Shown one piece after another: positions 39,872 to 50,648 of a DNA stretch of 64,000 nucleotides. The position numbers and the translations under genes were made by a program. Where the stretch lies: assembly GCA_965242545.1 (NCBI GenBank), contig OZ251456.1:21146-85145 (forward strand). The letters run 5' to 3'. This stretch comes from a bacterium (GTDB lineage Bacteria; UBA8248). Under the pieces are notes generated by a model. That model searched no databases. It was not told the DNA's origin and was given only the letters and a program-made list of their open reading frames with translations. Position 1 is the stretch's first letter. Each line of letters starts with the position of its first letter.

Positions 39872-40318
39872 GTGAAAATCTTGTCCGTTGTCGTTTTCGC
39901 GCTCACGATCTCGTTCGCCTTGGCGTCGCCGTCCCATCCGGCGGGCGATCCGAAGGGCCCCGAAACGGCGGGGGAGCACTATTCCCGAGGGGAGGAAAAG
40001 GCGAGGCAGGGACAATGGACGGAGGCGGCGGCGCTGTTTGAAAAGGCGGCCGGAGAGGACCCGCAGGATTATCGCGCGCTCAACATGCTGGGCTATTCCT
40101 TGAGGAAGATGGGCAGGACGAAAGAGGCCCTCGCCGCCTACGACAGGGCGCTTTCCCTCAAGCCCGACTACGCGCCTGCCCTCGAATACAGGGGCGTCGC
40201 CCACGTCTTGGCTGGAAACAAGGCGGCCGCTCTGGCGGATTTTCAGAGGCTCAAGCGCCTGGGTTCTCCCCTCGCCGAGGATTTGCGCGAGAAAATCATG
40301 GCCATGCCGGCCAACTGA
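39872..40318 (+). CDS. secreted TPR-repeat protein
   Basis: GTG start with a GGGAGGTG SD. Signal peptide VKILSVVVFALTISFALA, followed by TPR motifs (...ALNMLGYSLRKMGRTKEALAAYDRALSLKPDYAPAL...). Confidence 0.55.
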   Translation: MKILSVVVFALTISFALASPSHPAGDPKGPETAGEHYSRGEEKARQGQWTEAAALFEKAAGEDPQDYRALNMLGYSLRKMGRTKEALAAYDRALSLKPDYAPALEYRGVAHVLAGNKAAALADFQRLKRLGSPLAEDLREKIMAMPAN

Positions 40319-40493
40319 ACTGATATCCGAACCGGAAAGCCGCCTTGCGGACTCTCTCCCCGGGGCGGTTTTGCGGGTTTGAGCATGAGCAGCCAAGCCG
40401 CTCCGCCGCGATTCAGGACGGAGGCTGGAAACGTCCCCGCTTCCCCGCATCGGCTTCCGCGGCATGACGGGCGACGGGAGGCGCCCTTTTCCG

Positions 40494-41684
40494 CTATATC
40501 CGCATGAACTTCATGGGGAATTTCTGGAGCGATCGCGCCCCCGTCCTGGTGACTTCCACGAGGTTGCCCACCTGAAGGCCGCGCTTGCCGTCCGCTGTGC
40601 AGACGTTGGGCTGAATTACCATGAGCATTCCTTCCCGGAAGGTGATTTCGTTCTGGGGACGCTTGAGAATGCTGGCGTCTATGTCGATTCGGGGATTTTC
40701 GATGAGCAGCCCCCAGCCGTGGAACGTGGTGTCGAAGGTGGTGAAGCCCTCCTCTTCGATGACCGCGCCCGCGCGCTTGACGTCCTCGCGCGTGGCGCCC
40801 GGCTTGAGCGCCTTGAATATCCGATCGTAGGCCTCGACGGCCACTTCGTAGAGTTTCCGGTAGACGGGCGTCGGCTCGACGCCGACGGAAACGGGCCGGT
40901 GCGCCTGACCCGGGTGCATTTCATAATCGGCGGAGAGCTCCGTCAGAACGATGTCGCCTTTTCTGATCTTCCGATGGGTGGGGAACTGGTTCGGAAAAAT
41001 CAGGCGCGGCCTCGCCATGGAGGTGGATCCCACGAAAATGAGCTGCGGGCTTCCGCCCCTGGGCATGTATGCGCCGGAAATGAGGGCGGCGAGCCCGAAT
41101 TCGCTCATGCCCGCCTTCGCTTTTTTCTCCAGCGCCTCGAACGCCATGTCCGTCAGCGCCGCTCCGCGCCTGAACCATTTGAGCTCCTCCGGGCTTTTGA
41201 CGAGCCGCGCTTCCGCCAGGATGTCCGAGGCGTCGGTGAATTGCGCGCTTTTCAGGGTTTTCCGCCAATGATCCACCACGCTGAACGGCATGGACACCGG
41301 CAGGATGCCCCGAAAGCCGACCAGGCCGATGCTCCCCTTATCGAGTCCCAGTTCGCGGATGCGCCCCTCCACCTTCGCGCCCGGATCGTAGTCCACGGCC
41401 TCGGTTCTCGGGATGACGCTCATCTTTTTCGCGTAGGGAAGGTAGAGCCGATTCGAGATGAAGAGAGCGGGGGCGCCCTTGAGGGGGAAGACGAAGAAGC
41501 TGCTCACCGGGTCCTTGTAGTTCGTTGCGTATTTGACGTTGGCCTGATTGCCCCCCTGCATCCCCGAGTCCCCGTAGAATACGAGCGCGTCGATTCCCCG
41601 CGCGCGCATCCTTTTTCTAATCTCCCGATAGCGGCGGGCGTATTCGGCCTTCGGATATCGCGGATGGTCCTGAACCGGAGCCAT
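40494..41684 (-). CDS. M24-family metallopeptidase (Xaa-Pro aminopeptidase/creatinase-like)
   Basis: Pita-bread fold motifs, e.g. ...GDIVLTELSADYEMHPGQAHRPVSVG.... Internal start MAPVQDHP. Confidence 0.65.
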   Translation of the reverse strand: MAPVQDHPRYPKAEYARRYREIRKRMRARGIDALVFYGDSGMQGGNQANVKYATNYKDPVSSFFVFPLKGAPALFISNRLYLPYAKKMSVIPRTEAVDYDPGAKVEGRIRELGLDKGSIGLVGFRGILPVSMPFSVVDHWRKTLKSAQFTDASDILAEARLVKSPEELKWFRRGAALTDMAFEALEKKAKAGMSEFGLAALISGAYMPRGGSPQLIFVGSTSMARPRLIFPNQFPTHRKIRKGDIVLTELSADYEMHPGQAHRPVSVGVEPTPVYRKLYEVAVEAYDRIFKALKPGATREDVKRAGAVIEEEGFTTFDTTFHGWGLLIENPRIDIDASILKRPQNEITFREGMLMVIQPNVCTADGKRGLQVGNLVEVTRTGARSLQKFPMKFMRI

Positions 41685-41710
41685 GTCGGCGTCTCCCTGG
41701 TTTTCGGGGG

Positions 41711-42718
41711 CTATTTCTTCAGCGCGGGCATGAGCTCGTCGGAGATGAGCCGCGCGCTTTCCAGCGCGGAGGATGCGGGCATCCCGATCCAGCTCGTGCG
41801 GATGATGAGGTGGTTCACGCCCATCTCCTTGTAGGGCATGAGCTGCTCGCAGCATTCCTCCGGCGAGCCGATGACGAAGCGATTCTTCAGCAGCGCCTCG
41901 AAGGGCTGATCGAAGGTCTCATCCTCCGGCAGGGCCCTGTCCTGCCCCCAGCGGGCGTAGTCCCTGTATTTCTGGCCGAGGTAGGGGCCGGCGAGTTCGA
42001 GAGCCGTTTTCCGGTTCTTGGCGCAGAATACCTCCTTCATGCAGGGGAGCTCTTTCGGGAAAGGCTTGCCCGCTTCCTTCAGGCCTTCGCGGTAGATGTC
42101 CATCTGGCGCGCGATGGTGCGCGTGGTGGCGTGGGGGTTGATGAAGAGCGTATCGCCCAGATGCGCCGCCCGCCTCACGGCGGGGTCGCTGTTCGCCGCG
42201 AACCAGATGGGCGGATGGGGCTTTTGCACGGGGCGCAGGTTCAGGCGGACGTTCTCCAGCGCGCAGTATTCGCTCTCGAACGAAACGGCCTCTTCCGTCC
42301 ACAGGCGCTTCACGAGCTCCAGGCAGTCCACGAAGCGCTTCACTCGCTCGCCTCGCCTGACGCCGAAGGCGTCGAACTCCACGTCCCGGTAGCCCAGGCC
42401 GACGCCGAACGCCATGTTCCCCTCCGCGATGGCGTCCATGGTGGCGACGGTCTCCGCCACGTAGACCGGGTTGTGAAGGTTGATGAGCAGAACGCCGATG
42501 CCGAGCGTCATCTCGCCCGCCTCGGCCTTCAGGCGCGCCAGAAAGGGCAGGTTTTGAAGGTGCTGCACGTTCCCCTCGCTGAGGTAGTGCTGACCGGTGA
42601 AGAATGAATCCCAGCCCTTGTCGCGCGCCAGGCGAACGAGGGCGATTTGATCGTGGAGCGCTTCAACTAGGTTGGCGTCCAGGGTCTGCTGCGCCGAGAG
42701 AAAGATGCCGAATTTCAT
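41711..42718 (-). CDS. LLM-class flavin-dependent oxidoreductase
   Basis: MKFGIFLSAQQ...; luciferase-like fold. Confidence 0.75.
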   Translation of the reverse strand: MKFGIFLSAQQTLDANLVEALHDQIALVRLARDKGWDSFFTGQHYLSEGNVQHLQNLPFLARLKAEAGEMTLGIGVLLINLHNPVYVAETVATMDAIAEGNMAFGVGLGYRDVEFDAFGVRRGERVKRFVDCLELVKRLWTEEAVSFESEYCALENVRLNLRPVQKPHPPIWFAANSDPAVRRAAHLGDTLFINPHATTRTIARQMDIYREGLKEAGKPFPKELPCMKEVFCAKNRKTALELAGPYLGQKYRDYARWGQDRALPEDETFDQPFEALLKNRFVIGSPEECCEQLMPYKEMGVNHLIIRTSWIGMPASSALESARLISDELMPALKK

Positions 42719-42816
42719 GCCCGAACCTCAAGAAAGGCGCTTTGCGCGAAGGTGTAAAAAAGCCGCGGGGACGCGCCTTGAGCGCCCCCGCGGCCTGATG
42801 AAGCGAAAACGCCCGC

Positions 42817-44346
42817 CTAGTTGCTGCCGAGCACCTCAATCTCCCAGGGCAGCAGCGTTTCGTCGTGGCGCGGCGTCCACCGCAGATTCGAGCGATGGCC
42901 GAGCACGTCGTGAATCTTCACGACGATCTTGTGCGTGGCCAGCTCCTTCATCTTGTCGGTCACGGTCTCGAACGCGGCCTGTTGCGCTTTCGTGTCGACG
43001 GTGGCGTTGGCCTTGTCGATCAGTTTATCCAGCTCGGGGAAGCACATGCCGCTCCAGGCCCCTTTGCAGCTCGAGGTTCCGCGAAGGACGCCGGAAGAAT
43101 CGCCTCCGCCGTTGCCGAAGCCCATGTAGTAGGCCGCCGCGCCTTTTTTCTTGCCGGCCTTGTAGGCGCGGTGCAGCTTCTTGAAGAGCGGAAAGCGCTG
43201 GGAGTTGCAGGTGGCGTCCACGCCGACTTTCTTGATCATGCCGGCGAAGGCCTCGCAGGTGGCCTTGTCGCCCGGATAGCGGCCGTTCGTGGCGATGACT
43301 TCCATCTTGAAGCCCTTGGGGTAGCCGGCTTCCTTGAGGAGGGCCTTCGCCTTGGCCGGGTCGTAGCCGTACCATTTCTTGTTCGGGTTGTAGCCCGAGT
43401 AGTTCCAGGGGTGGAGCATTTGGCCGAACAGATCGGCGCGCCCGCCCAGGATGGTCGTTCGCACCGCTTCCGCGTCCAGGGCGTAGTTGATCGCCCTGCG
43501 CACCTTCACGTTGGCCATCGGGCCGCCGTGTCTCGTGAAGAAGCCCATGTGCATGATGCGCACGGCGGGAACGACGGCGACGCTCGTTTTCGGGTTTTTC
43601 TGAAGTTGCGGGATGAACTGAGGCATGATGCCCCAGGCCACGTCAATTTCGCCCGCCAGAAGCGCCTTGGCGCGCGTGGCGCTCTCGCGGATGCGACGGA
43701 GTACGATGCGCTGCGGTCGCTTCGGGAAGTTCTTGTTGTTCCACCAGTTCGGGTTCGCCTCGAACACCATCTTCTGGCCCTTGGTCCAGGATTTGAGGAT
43801 GTAGGGGCCCGTCCCGTAGGTGTTGCGCGAGATTTTGGCGACATCCATGCCCTTGGTGTTCAGGCTGATGGCGCCGGCCCAGCGGGTCAGGCGGTTCCAC
43901 ATGCCGCTGTCCGGCTGCTTGTTGTGGTAGATGAAGGTGTGGTCGTCAATGATCTCGATTTTGTCGAAGTTCTTGAAATACGTCCTCTGGCGCGCGGAAC
44001 TCGTGACGCGGCTGAGCGTATACTTGATATTCTCGGCGGTAAGGCGCGTGCCGTCCGTGAATTTCACGCCCTTTCGCAGGTGGAACTTTGCGCTTTGGGG
44101 GGTTATTTTCACCCACTTGGTGGCGAGCCAGGGCTTCTTCGCGCCCGTTCCTGTCTCGGCGTGAAGCAGGGTGTCGTAGCTCCAGCGCCAGACCATCGCG
44201 CCGATGAAGTTCGAGGTGCGATGCGGGTCCATTGTCGGGGGTTCGCCCGTCAGGGCGATGGTGACGGTGCTTTTCGCGCTGGCCGTCATGGGCGCGCCGA
44301 CCGCCAGGACGGCTAAGGCGGCCAGAATTACGAGAAATTTCCGCAT
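42817..44346 (-). CDS. ABC transporter substrate-binding protein, family 5 (Dpp/Opp-like)
   Basis: Signal peptide MRKFLVILAALAVLAVGAPMTASA. 509 aa, an SBP_bac_5-like fold. Confidence 0.75.
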   Translation of the reverse strand: MRKFLVILAALAVLAVGAPMTASAKSTVTIALTGEPPTMDPHRTSNFIGAMVWRWSYDTLLHAETGTGAKKPWLATKWVKITPQSAKFHLRKGVKFTDGTRLTAENIKYTLSRVTSSARQRTYFKNFDKIEIIDDHTFIYHNKQPDSGMWNRLTRWAGAISLNTKGMDVAKISRNTYGTGPYILKSWTKGQKMVFEANPNWWNNKNFPKRPQRIVLRRIRESATRAKALLAGEIDVAWGIMPQFIPQLQKNPKTSVAVVPAVRIMHMGFFTRHGGPMANVKVRRAINYALDAEAVRTTILGGRADLFGQMLHPWNYSGYNPNKKWYGYDPAKAKALLKEAGYPKGFKMEVIATNGRYPGDKATCEAFAGMIKKVGVDATCNSQRFPLFKKLHRAYKAGKKKGAAAYYMGFGNGGGDSSGVLRGTSSCKGAWSGMCFPELDKLIDKANATVDTKAQQAAFETVTDKMKELATHKIVVKIHDVLGHRSNLRWTPRHDETLLPWEIEVLGSN

Positions 44347-44581
44347 GGGGGTTCCTCCTTTAGGGAAAGATAGGCTCCGAACTGCTCTGGCGACACTGAA
44401 AATCCGAGTCTTGCCAATCGCAAAAGCCCCGATCGATATTGCGGTTTTTCCGCTGTGGATGTCCTACTCTATCACGGATGCGAATCGGGCGTCAAAGCAT
44501 AAAGCGCGGTTTTTTTGCGTGGGTCCCGTTTTCCTTGTGAGCGCGCGCGGGTTGCGTGTATGGTCTCCATGTCTCTGAATA

Positions 44582-45796
44582 ATGAACATGCGCGCGGGCT
44601 TCGTGAAGGAGAGGGTCCTCATGGCGGCGGAAAACATCATCGGCTCCTGGTTTCGATATTTCCCCGAGCATTATCTGTGGTCGCAGCTGATGAGCGGGCA
44701 AATCAACATCGCCCCCATGGGAGGCTCGAACTTCCAGGAACTGGATCAGATCGGAAAGCGGCTGGGCGGGCGCGCGGGAGACGCCGACGCCTGGCATGAT
44801 GCCTGGAGCTGGATGGCGGACAAGACACTGGCGTTCGCCGAGGAGGAGGAGCGCAGGGGCCACGCGCAGACCTCGATGGCGGCCTACGTGCGAAGCGCGA
44901 TTTATCGCTACGCGAGCGAGCGCTTCGTCCATCCCGACGATCCGAGAAAGGCGGCGTCCTACAGAAAACTCCTCCCCCACTACGAAAAGGGGATGACGCA
45001 CCGCGTCCCCGGGTTTCAGCGCGTGGAGGTTCCCTACGAGGAGGGCCCGCTGGCGGCGTATTTGATTCCGCCCAGGAACCCGACCGGCAACGACCCTTAC
45101 GTCGCCTTTTTCGACGGACTGGACGGCTCCAAGGAGATCACCGTCCTGTGGGGCGCGCTTTTCCTCATGGAGCGCGGCGTCGGCGCGCTCTGCGTGGATG
45201 GACCGGGACAAGGAGAGACGCTCCGCCTTCGCGGAATACCGAGCCGTCCCGACTACGAGGCGGCCGGAACGGCGGCTTTCGATTTTCTGGACGCGCGGCC
45301 CGAGGTGGATTCCGCGCGCATCGGCCTCATGGCGATGAGCATGGGGGACTACTACGCGCCGCGCATCGCCGCCTTCGAGCACCGCTACGCGGCATGTCTC
45401 GCGTGGGGGGCGCATTTCGATTATCACGAGGTCTGGGTTCACCGACGGAAAGTGCTGGAAGGCGGCGGCACCGTCTCTTCTTCCGCCATCTGGCAGCTGC
45501 CCTGGGTGCTGGGGACGCCGGACATGGACTCGGCGATGGAGAAATGCAGAGCCTACACGCTGGCGGGCGTCGCGGAGAGGATACGAATGCCCATCTGCAT
45601 CACCCATGGGCGCGACGACAACATCGTGCCGGTCGATATGGCCTACAGGCTCTACGATGCGTGCGGCTCGAAGGAGAAGGAGCTCAAAATCTTCACCGTC
45701 CAGGACGGGGGCAGCCAGCACTGCGTTTTCGACAATCTGCCGATGTGCGGCGCCTGGATTGCGGACTGGTGGATGGACAGGTTCGCCGCCGCGTAG
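44582..45796 (+). CDS. alpha/beta hydrolase (DHPON-hydrolase-like family), paralog of 61205..62380
   Basis: Shared motifs with the paralog: ...FDGLDGSKEI..., GDYYAPR, ...HG..D..VP..., GSKEKELKIF / GSKDKTFRIV, and QHCQ/QHCV. Confidence 0.6.
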   Translation: MNMRAGFVKERVLMAAENIIGSWFRYFPEHYLWSQLMSGQINIAPMGGSNFQELDQIGKRLGGRAGDADAWHDAWSWMADKTLAFAEEEERRGHAQTSMAAYVRSAIYRYASERFVHPDDPRKAASYRKLLPHYEKGMTHRVPGFQRVEVPYEEGPLAAYLIPPRNPTGNDPYVAFFDGLDGSKEITVLWGALFLMERGVGALCVDGPGQGETLRLRGIPSRPDYEAAGTAAFDFLDARPEVDSARIGLMAMSMGDYYAPRIAAFEHRYAACLAWGAHFDYHEVWVHRRKVLEGGGTVSSSAIWQLPWVLGTPDMDSAMEKCRAYTLAGVAERIRMPICITHGRDDNIVPVDMAYRLYDACGSKEKELKIFTVQDGGSQHCVFDNLPMCGAWIADWWMDRFAAA

Positions 45797-45870
45797 GCGC
45801 CGTCTGTTTCCGGCGGGGTTTTCGGCTCCGAGCGCCCCGTCTTTCATCTTTTCTTGAGGAGGGTAATACG

Positions 45871-46305
45871 ATGGCCGAAGAAACGAGAGAGGAAAAGGTC
45901 CGGCGCATTACGGAGAAAATTCACGGCGACAGGGGGTTCGTCTATGACGTGCTGGGCTTCGGCGCGCAGCTGGACCCGGATTATTTCGAGGCCTACTCTC
46001 AGATGCACTGGGGGTTCTTCAAGGAGAAGCCGCGACATCTGGACCCCAAGACGCGCGAACTCATCGAAATCGGCCTGCTCGCCTTCAAGGGCATGAAGCA
46101 CGAAGTTTATACCCACACGAAAAAGGCGCTGCGCCTCGGCGCAACGATGGAGGAGGCGCTCGAGGCGTTCGAGGTGGCGAGCATTGGCGGGGGCGCGCCC
46201 GTGCTGATGGAGGGCCTGTACGCGCTCAAGCGCATCGCTGACGAGCAGGCCGAGGAGGAGCGGGCGAACGCCGGCCGCTCGCTGGCGGAGGAAGGGGATT
46301 TGTGA
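45871..46305 (+). CDS. carboxymuconolactone decarboxylase (AhpD-like) family protein
   Basis: 144 aa. Has the CMD-fold motif ...ELIEIGLLAFKGMKHEVYTHTKKALRLGAT.... SD GGAGGG upstream. Confidence 0.6.
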   Translation: MAEETREEKVRRITEKIHGDRGFVYDVLGFGAQLDPDYFEAYSQMHWGFFKEKPRHLDPKTRELIEIGLLAFKGMKHEVYTHTKKALRLGATMEEALEAFEVASIGGGAPVLMEGLYALKRIADEQAEEERANAGRSLAEEGDL

Positions 46306-46367
46306 GAACCTCCCCTTGAAATCCACGGACGAGATCAACTCACCTTCCCGCGCAAGGAGAGCGCCCT

Positions 46368-47336
46368 TTGACCCAGGGGAAAGCGTCTTTGACCGATGAG
46401 CGGATGCAGGAGATGTACCGCGCCATGCTGCGCATACGGAGGTTCGAGGAGACGGCGTTCGAGCTGTTCGAGAAAGGCGAGGTGGTGGGCGGCATCCACG
46501 TGAGCGTCGGGCAGGAGGCCTGCTCGGTCGGGGCGTGCGGCGCGCTCGAGGAGGAGGACGCGATTCTCACCACCCATAGAGGCCACGGCCATTCCATCGC
46601 CAAGGGAACGCGCCTGCCCGAGATGATGGCGGAGCTTCTGGGCAAGGCGACCGGCCTTTGTCACGCCAAGGGCGGCTCCATGCACATAGCGGACGTCTCG
46701 AAGGGGCACTACGGCGCGCATTCCATCGTGGGCTCGAACATGCCCATGGCGGTGGGCATCGGCCTCGCCTTTCACTTCGAGGGAAGGGGACAGGTGGCGA
46801 TCGCCTTCTTCGGGGACGGCGCGGCGAACGAGGGCAGCTTCCATGAATCCATGAATCTGGCCTCGATATGGAAGCTGCCCGTCATCTTCTTCTGCGAGAA
46901 CAACCATTTCGCGTCGAGCACCCGGGTGGGATACGCCACCTCGGTGGCGGATATCAGCGCGCGGGCGGGGAGCTATGACGCGCCCGGCGTGACCGTGGAC
47001 GGCATGGACGTGCTGGCGGTTCACGAGGCGACGGTCGAGGCGGTGGCCCGCGCGCGGGCCGGTTCGGGCCCCAGCCTGATCGAGGCGAAAACCTACCGGT
47101 ATTTCGGACATTCGAGGAAAGACCCCCGGTTCGGGCTCTACAGAACGGAGGATGAGTGGAGCGCATGGAGGGAAAAAGACCCCCTCGTCCTGGCGGAGAG
47201 AATCCTTGGGGTGAGCGGCGCGCAGAAAAAAGCGCATCTGGCGGCCGTGGAGCGGGAGCTGCGCGAAGCGCTCGCCTTCGCGGAGGCGAGCCCCGAGCCG
47301 GCGCCTGACGACGTTTATGAGGACCTCTATGCCTGA
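46368..47336 (+). CDS. TPP-dependent dehydrogenase E1 component alpha subunit
   Basis: ...GGIHVSVGQEA...THRGHGH... and the TPP-binding GDGAANEG motif. Confidence 0.8.
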   Translation: MTQGKASLTDERMQEMYRAMLRIRRFEETAFELFEKGEVVGGIHVSVGQEACSVGACGALEEEDAILTTHRGHGHSIAKGTRLPEMMAELLGKATGLCHAKGGSMHIADVSKGHYGAHSIVGSNMPMAVGIGLAFHFEGRGQVAIAFFGDGAANEGSFHESMNLASIWKLPVIFFCENNHFASSTRVGYATSVADISARAGSYDAPGVTVDGMDVLAVHEATVEAVARARAGSGPSLIEAKTYRYFGHSRKDPRFGLYRTEDEWSAWREKDPLVLAERILGVSGAQKKAHLAAVERELREALAFAEASPEPAPDDVYEDLYA

Positions 47337-48330
47337 GGCGAAGACGCGCTCCGCTTCCTACGCGGCGGCGATCAACGAGGCGCTCCATGAGGAGATGGCG
47401 CGCGACGACAAGGTGTTCCTGATGGGGGAGGACGTGGCGCTCTCCGCCATCTCTCCCGCCACGGCGGGCCTGAGCGAGAGGTTCGGTCTCGACCGCGTGC
47501 GCGACACGCCCATCAGCGAACTGGGCTTCACCGGCGCCGCCGTCGGCGCGGCGATGGCGGGCTATCGGCCCGTGCTCGACATGCGGCGCATCGATTTCAT
47601 GATGCTGGCGATCGACCCAATAGCGAACCAGGCGGCGAAGCTGCGCTACATGCTCGGCGGCCAGGTGAGCGTCCCCCTGGTGATCCGCGCGCCCGAGGGC
47701 GGCGGCGTCCAGAACGGCCCCACGCACAGCCAGTGCCTTGAGGCCTGGTTCATCCAGGTCCCGGGCCTGCGCGTCGTGGTGCCGAGCGACCCGGCGGACG
47801 CGAAGGGGTTGCTGAAGTCCGCCATCCGGGAGGACAACCCCGTGCTGTTCGTGGAGTATCGCTCGCTCTATGCTCTGGAAGGCCCCGTGCCCGAGGGTGA
47901 CCATACGGCGCCCATCGGCGAAGCGGCGGTGAAGCGGGAGGGAGCGGACATCACGCTCATCGGCGTCGGAAGCCAGGCGCGCAACTGCCTGGAGGCGGCG
48001 GATGCGCTCGCGGGAGAGGGAATAGACGCCGAGGTGGTGGATCCCAGAACCATTAACCCCCTTGACGTGGAGGGTCTCGCGGCTTCCGTTCGGAAGACCG
48101 GATTTTGCGTGATAGCCGAGGAGGGGCACAAAAGCGGCGGCGTGGGCGCGGAGATCGCCGCCTCGCTTCAGGAGACGGCGTTCGGCGCGCTCAAGGCGCC
48201 CATCGCCCGCGTGGCCGCCCTTGACGTGCCCGTGCCCGTCCACGCGAAGCTTGAGGCGATCGTCCTGCCCAGCGCGGAGAAAATCCTGGCGGCGGCGAGA
48301 AAGACCTTGGCCGCCGCCTCCACCGGGTAG
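47329..48330 (+). CDS. TPP-dependent dehydrogenase E1 component beta subunit
   Basis: Transketolase-like pyrimidine-binding and C-terminal domains. Overlaps the alpha-subunit stop. Confidence 0.8.
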   Translation: MPEAKTRSASYAAAINEALHEEMARDDKVFLMGEDVALSAISPATAGLSERFGLDRVRDTPISELGFTGAAVGAAMAGYRPVLDMRRIDFMMLAIDPIANQAAKLRYMLGGQVSVPLVIRAPEGGGVQNGPTHSQCLEAWFIQVPGLRVVVPSDPADAKGLLKSAIREDNPVLFVEYRSLYALEGPVPEGDHTAPIGEAAVKREGADITLIGVGSQARNCLEAADALAGEGIDAEVVDPRTINPLDVEGLAASVRKTGFCVIAEEGHKSGGVGAEIAASLQETAFGALKAPIARVAALDVPVPVHAKLEAIVLPSAEKILAAARKTLAAASTG

Positions 48331-48334
48331 CGCT

Positions 48335-49402
48335 TCAGTCCTGGGCGACGATGGGGTTTCTCAAAACGCCCAAGCGCTCGACTTCGCACTCCACCACGTC
48401 TCCCGGCTTGAGCAGAAACGGCTCCGGGTCTTCCTGTTCGAGAGCCACGCCGCAGAACGTCCCCGACGAGATGATGTCGCCGGGCTCCAGCGACATCTGG
48501 CTGTAGAAGGCGACGAGATCGGGTATCTTGAAAATCATGTCGGTCAGGCGTTCGTCCTGGCGCGTCTCGCCGTTCACCCGGCATTGGACGCGCAGTGATT
48601 CCGGGTTCGGGACTTCGTCCGAGGTGACGACGTAGGGGCCGATGGGGTTGGTGGCGTCGAAGTTTTTTCCGAGGAACACGCCGCCCAGCGCGGGAGTTCT
48701 CTGCACCTCGCGCGCCGTGATGTCGTTGTAGACCGCGTAGCCCAGGATGACGTCATAGGCGTTCTCGGGCTTCACGTCCTTGCAGTACGCGCCGATGACG
48801 ATGCCGACCTCCACCTCGTAGTCGAGCATCCGGGTTTGCTTCGGGTAGAGCACGGGCTCTTCATGGCCGATGAGCGAGGTATGGAAGCGCGGCGCGCCGG
48901 GCACGTTTTCGGGAACCGCGTGGCCCGTGTTCGCCACGTGCTTGTTCGAGTTCAGCCCGGTGTGGCAAAACTTGCCCGGACGCGGAATCGGCGCCCTGAG
49001 GCGCGCGTGTCCGCTTTTCAGGGCCGCCAACTCCCCATCGGGTCCCGCCGGTTCTCCGCCGGCCTCGATGGTCGCCTCCGCGTGGTCGAGAGCCGCGCGC
49101 GCGGCGGCCAGCGCCGGCTCCCCGCCGCAGAGAAAATCGCGCATGTCTCCCGGAATCCGTGCGTTCGCCATGGCGTAGGGGCGTCCCTCGCTTCCTCTTT
49201 TTGCGAGCCAGTCAGCGTAGGCGAGCCGCAAGTCGAGCATCCGCCCGTCGGACAGGACGGCTCCCAGGCGGTCTCCGGCGGCGCCCGGCGATAAATTCCT
49301 GTAGGTGGCGAGTTTCAATGGGCATTCTCCTTCATGGATTGCGAGGCTTGAGCGATAAGCTGAAAACGGGAACCGCGCCTGGACGGGCGGGTGCAGCGTC
49401 AA
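48335..49402 (-). CDS. FAH-family hydrolase (second copy)
   Basis: ...LDYEVEVGIVIGAYCKDV... and ...GDVVECEVERLGVLRNPI.... 5-prime end uncertain. Confidence 0.6.
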   Translation of the reverse strand: MTLHPPVQARFPFSAYRSSLAIHEGECPLKLATYRNLSPGAAGDRLGAVLSDGRMLDLRLAYADWLAKRGSEGRPYAMANARIPGDMRDFLCGGEPALAAARAALDHAEATIEAGGEPAGPDGELAALKSGHARLRAPIPRPGKFCHTGLNSNKHVANTGHAVPENVPGAPRFHTSLIGHEEPVLYPKQTRMLDYEVEVGIVIGAYCKDVKPENAYDVILGYAVYNDITAREVQRTPALGGVFLGKNFDATNPIGPYVVTSDEVPNPESLRVQCRVNGETRQDERLTDMIFKIPDLVAFYSQMSLEPGDIISSGTFCGVALEQEDPEPFLLKPGDVVECEVERLGVLRNPIVAQD

Positions 49403-49603
49403 CGGCTCATCCTACAAAACGAAAGCGCAGGCTGTCCACGAAGCGGGACGAGGGAAGGCGCGCCGATTGAAGAGACCAGGATTCGGCGGCAGAGCCTCAC
49501 GCGCCGGACGCGCTCTTGACGCCGCGGCGAAAGAAGGGGATAAAGTATCATTCAAGTGAAGTCGATGCGTTCGTTTCGCGGTTGTTTTTATCAAGGTTCC
49601 GTC

Positions 49604-50623
49604 ATGCGCACCTATATCATCAGACGCTGTCTTCAAAGCTTCATCGTGTTCGGGGCGATTCTTCTCATCGTGTTTTCGATGCTGCAGATCACGGGAAACC
49701 CCGCGGCGGTTCTGATGCCGCTCGATTCCTCCGAGGAGGACATTCAGGCGTTCAGCAGGGAGATGGGCTTCGATCAGCCAATCCCGGTTCAGTTCGCCAA
49801 GTTCATCCTGGGTTCGGATCTGGTGGACGACCTCTTCGGCTTCGAGAAACCCAAGGAGGAAGTCCGTCAAATCGAACGCGACACCGACGCGCCCAAGATA
49901 GTCAAGACCAAAGGCGTCATTCGCGGGGATTTCGGCTTTTCCTACAGGCACGAGATCCCGGCGATGGGCCTCGTGCTGGAGCACTTTCCGAACACGGTGC
50001 TTCTCGCCTTCGTGGCGGTCTTGATAGCCGTGGTAATTTCCATCCCCGCGGGGGTTCTTTCGGCGACTTTCCGCAACACGTGGATTGACTACACCAGCTC
50101 CGTCGGCGCGATGTTCGGCCAGTCGATGCCGAATTTCTGGCTCGGGCTTCTGCTCATCATCTTTTTCGCCGTTTATCTGGACTGGCTGCCCACGTCGGGC
50201 TTTGACGCCTGGTATTACATCATCCTGCCGGCGGTCACGGCGGGCCTTTACGCCACCGCGCGCATCACGCGCCTGGTGCGCTCCCAGATGCTGGAGGTGC
50301 TGGGCATGGACTATGTGCGCACGGCGCGCTCGAAGGGCATCGTGGAGTGGCTTGTGGTGGTTCGGCACGCCCTCAAGAACGCGTCCATCCCCGTCGTTAC
50401 CCTGGTGGGCTTCGAGCTGGGCATCCTGCTCGGCGGCACGGTGGTGACGGAGGCCGTCTTCGCGTGGCCGGGCGTGGGTTTTCTGGTGGTGGACGCGATC
50501 AACAATCAGGACTATCCCATCGTCCAGGCGGCGGTGGCGCTGCTGGCGTTCGTGTTCGTGTTCGTGAATCTCGTGGTGGATATACTCTACGCTTGGCTCG
50601 ACCCGAGAATTTCCTACAGTTAG
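49604..50623 (+). CDS. ABC transporter permease (DppB/OppB-like)
   Basis: MRTYIIRRCLQSFIVFGAILLIVF.... ABC-2 type transmembrane domain. Confidence 0.75.
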   Translation: MRTYIIRRCLQSFIVFGAILLIVFSMLQITGNPAAVLMPLDSSEEDIQAFSREMGFDQPIPVQFAKFILGSDLVDDLFGFEKPKEEVRQIERDTDAPKIVKTKGVIRGDFGFSYRHEIPAMGLVLEHFPNTVLLAFVAVLIAVVISIPAGVLSATFRNTWIDYTSSVGAMFGQSMPNFWLGLLLIIFFAVYLDWLPTSGFDAWYYIILPAVTAGLYATARITRLVRSQMLEVLGMDYVRTARSKGIVEWLVVVRHALKNASIPVVTLVGFELGILLGGTVVTEAVFAWPGVGFLVVDAINNQDYPIVQAAVALLAFVFVFVNLVVDILYAWLDPRISYS

Positions 50624-50648
50624 GCGACGGAAGACAGGGGCGATTTTT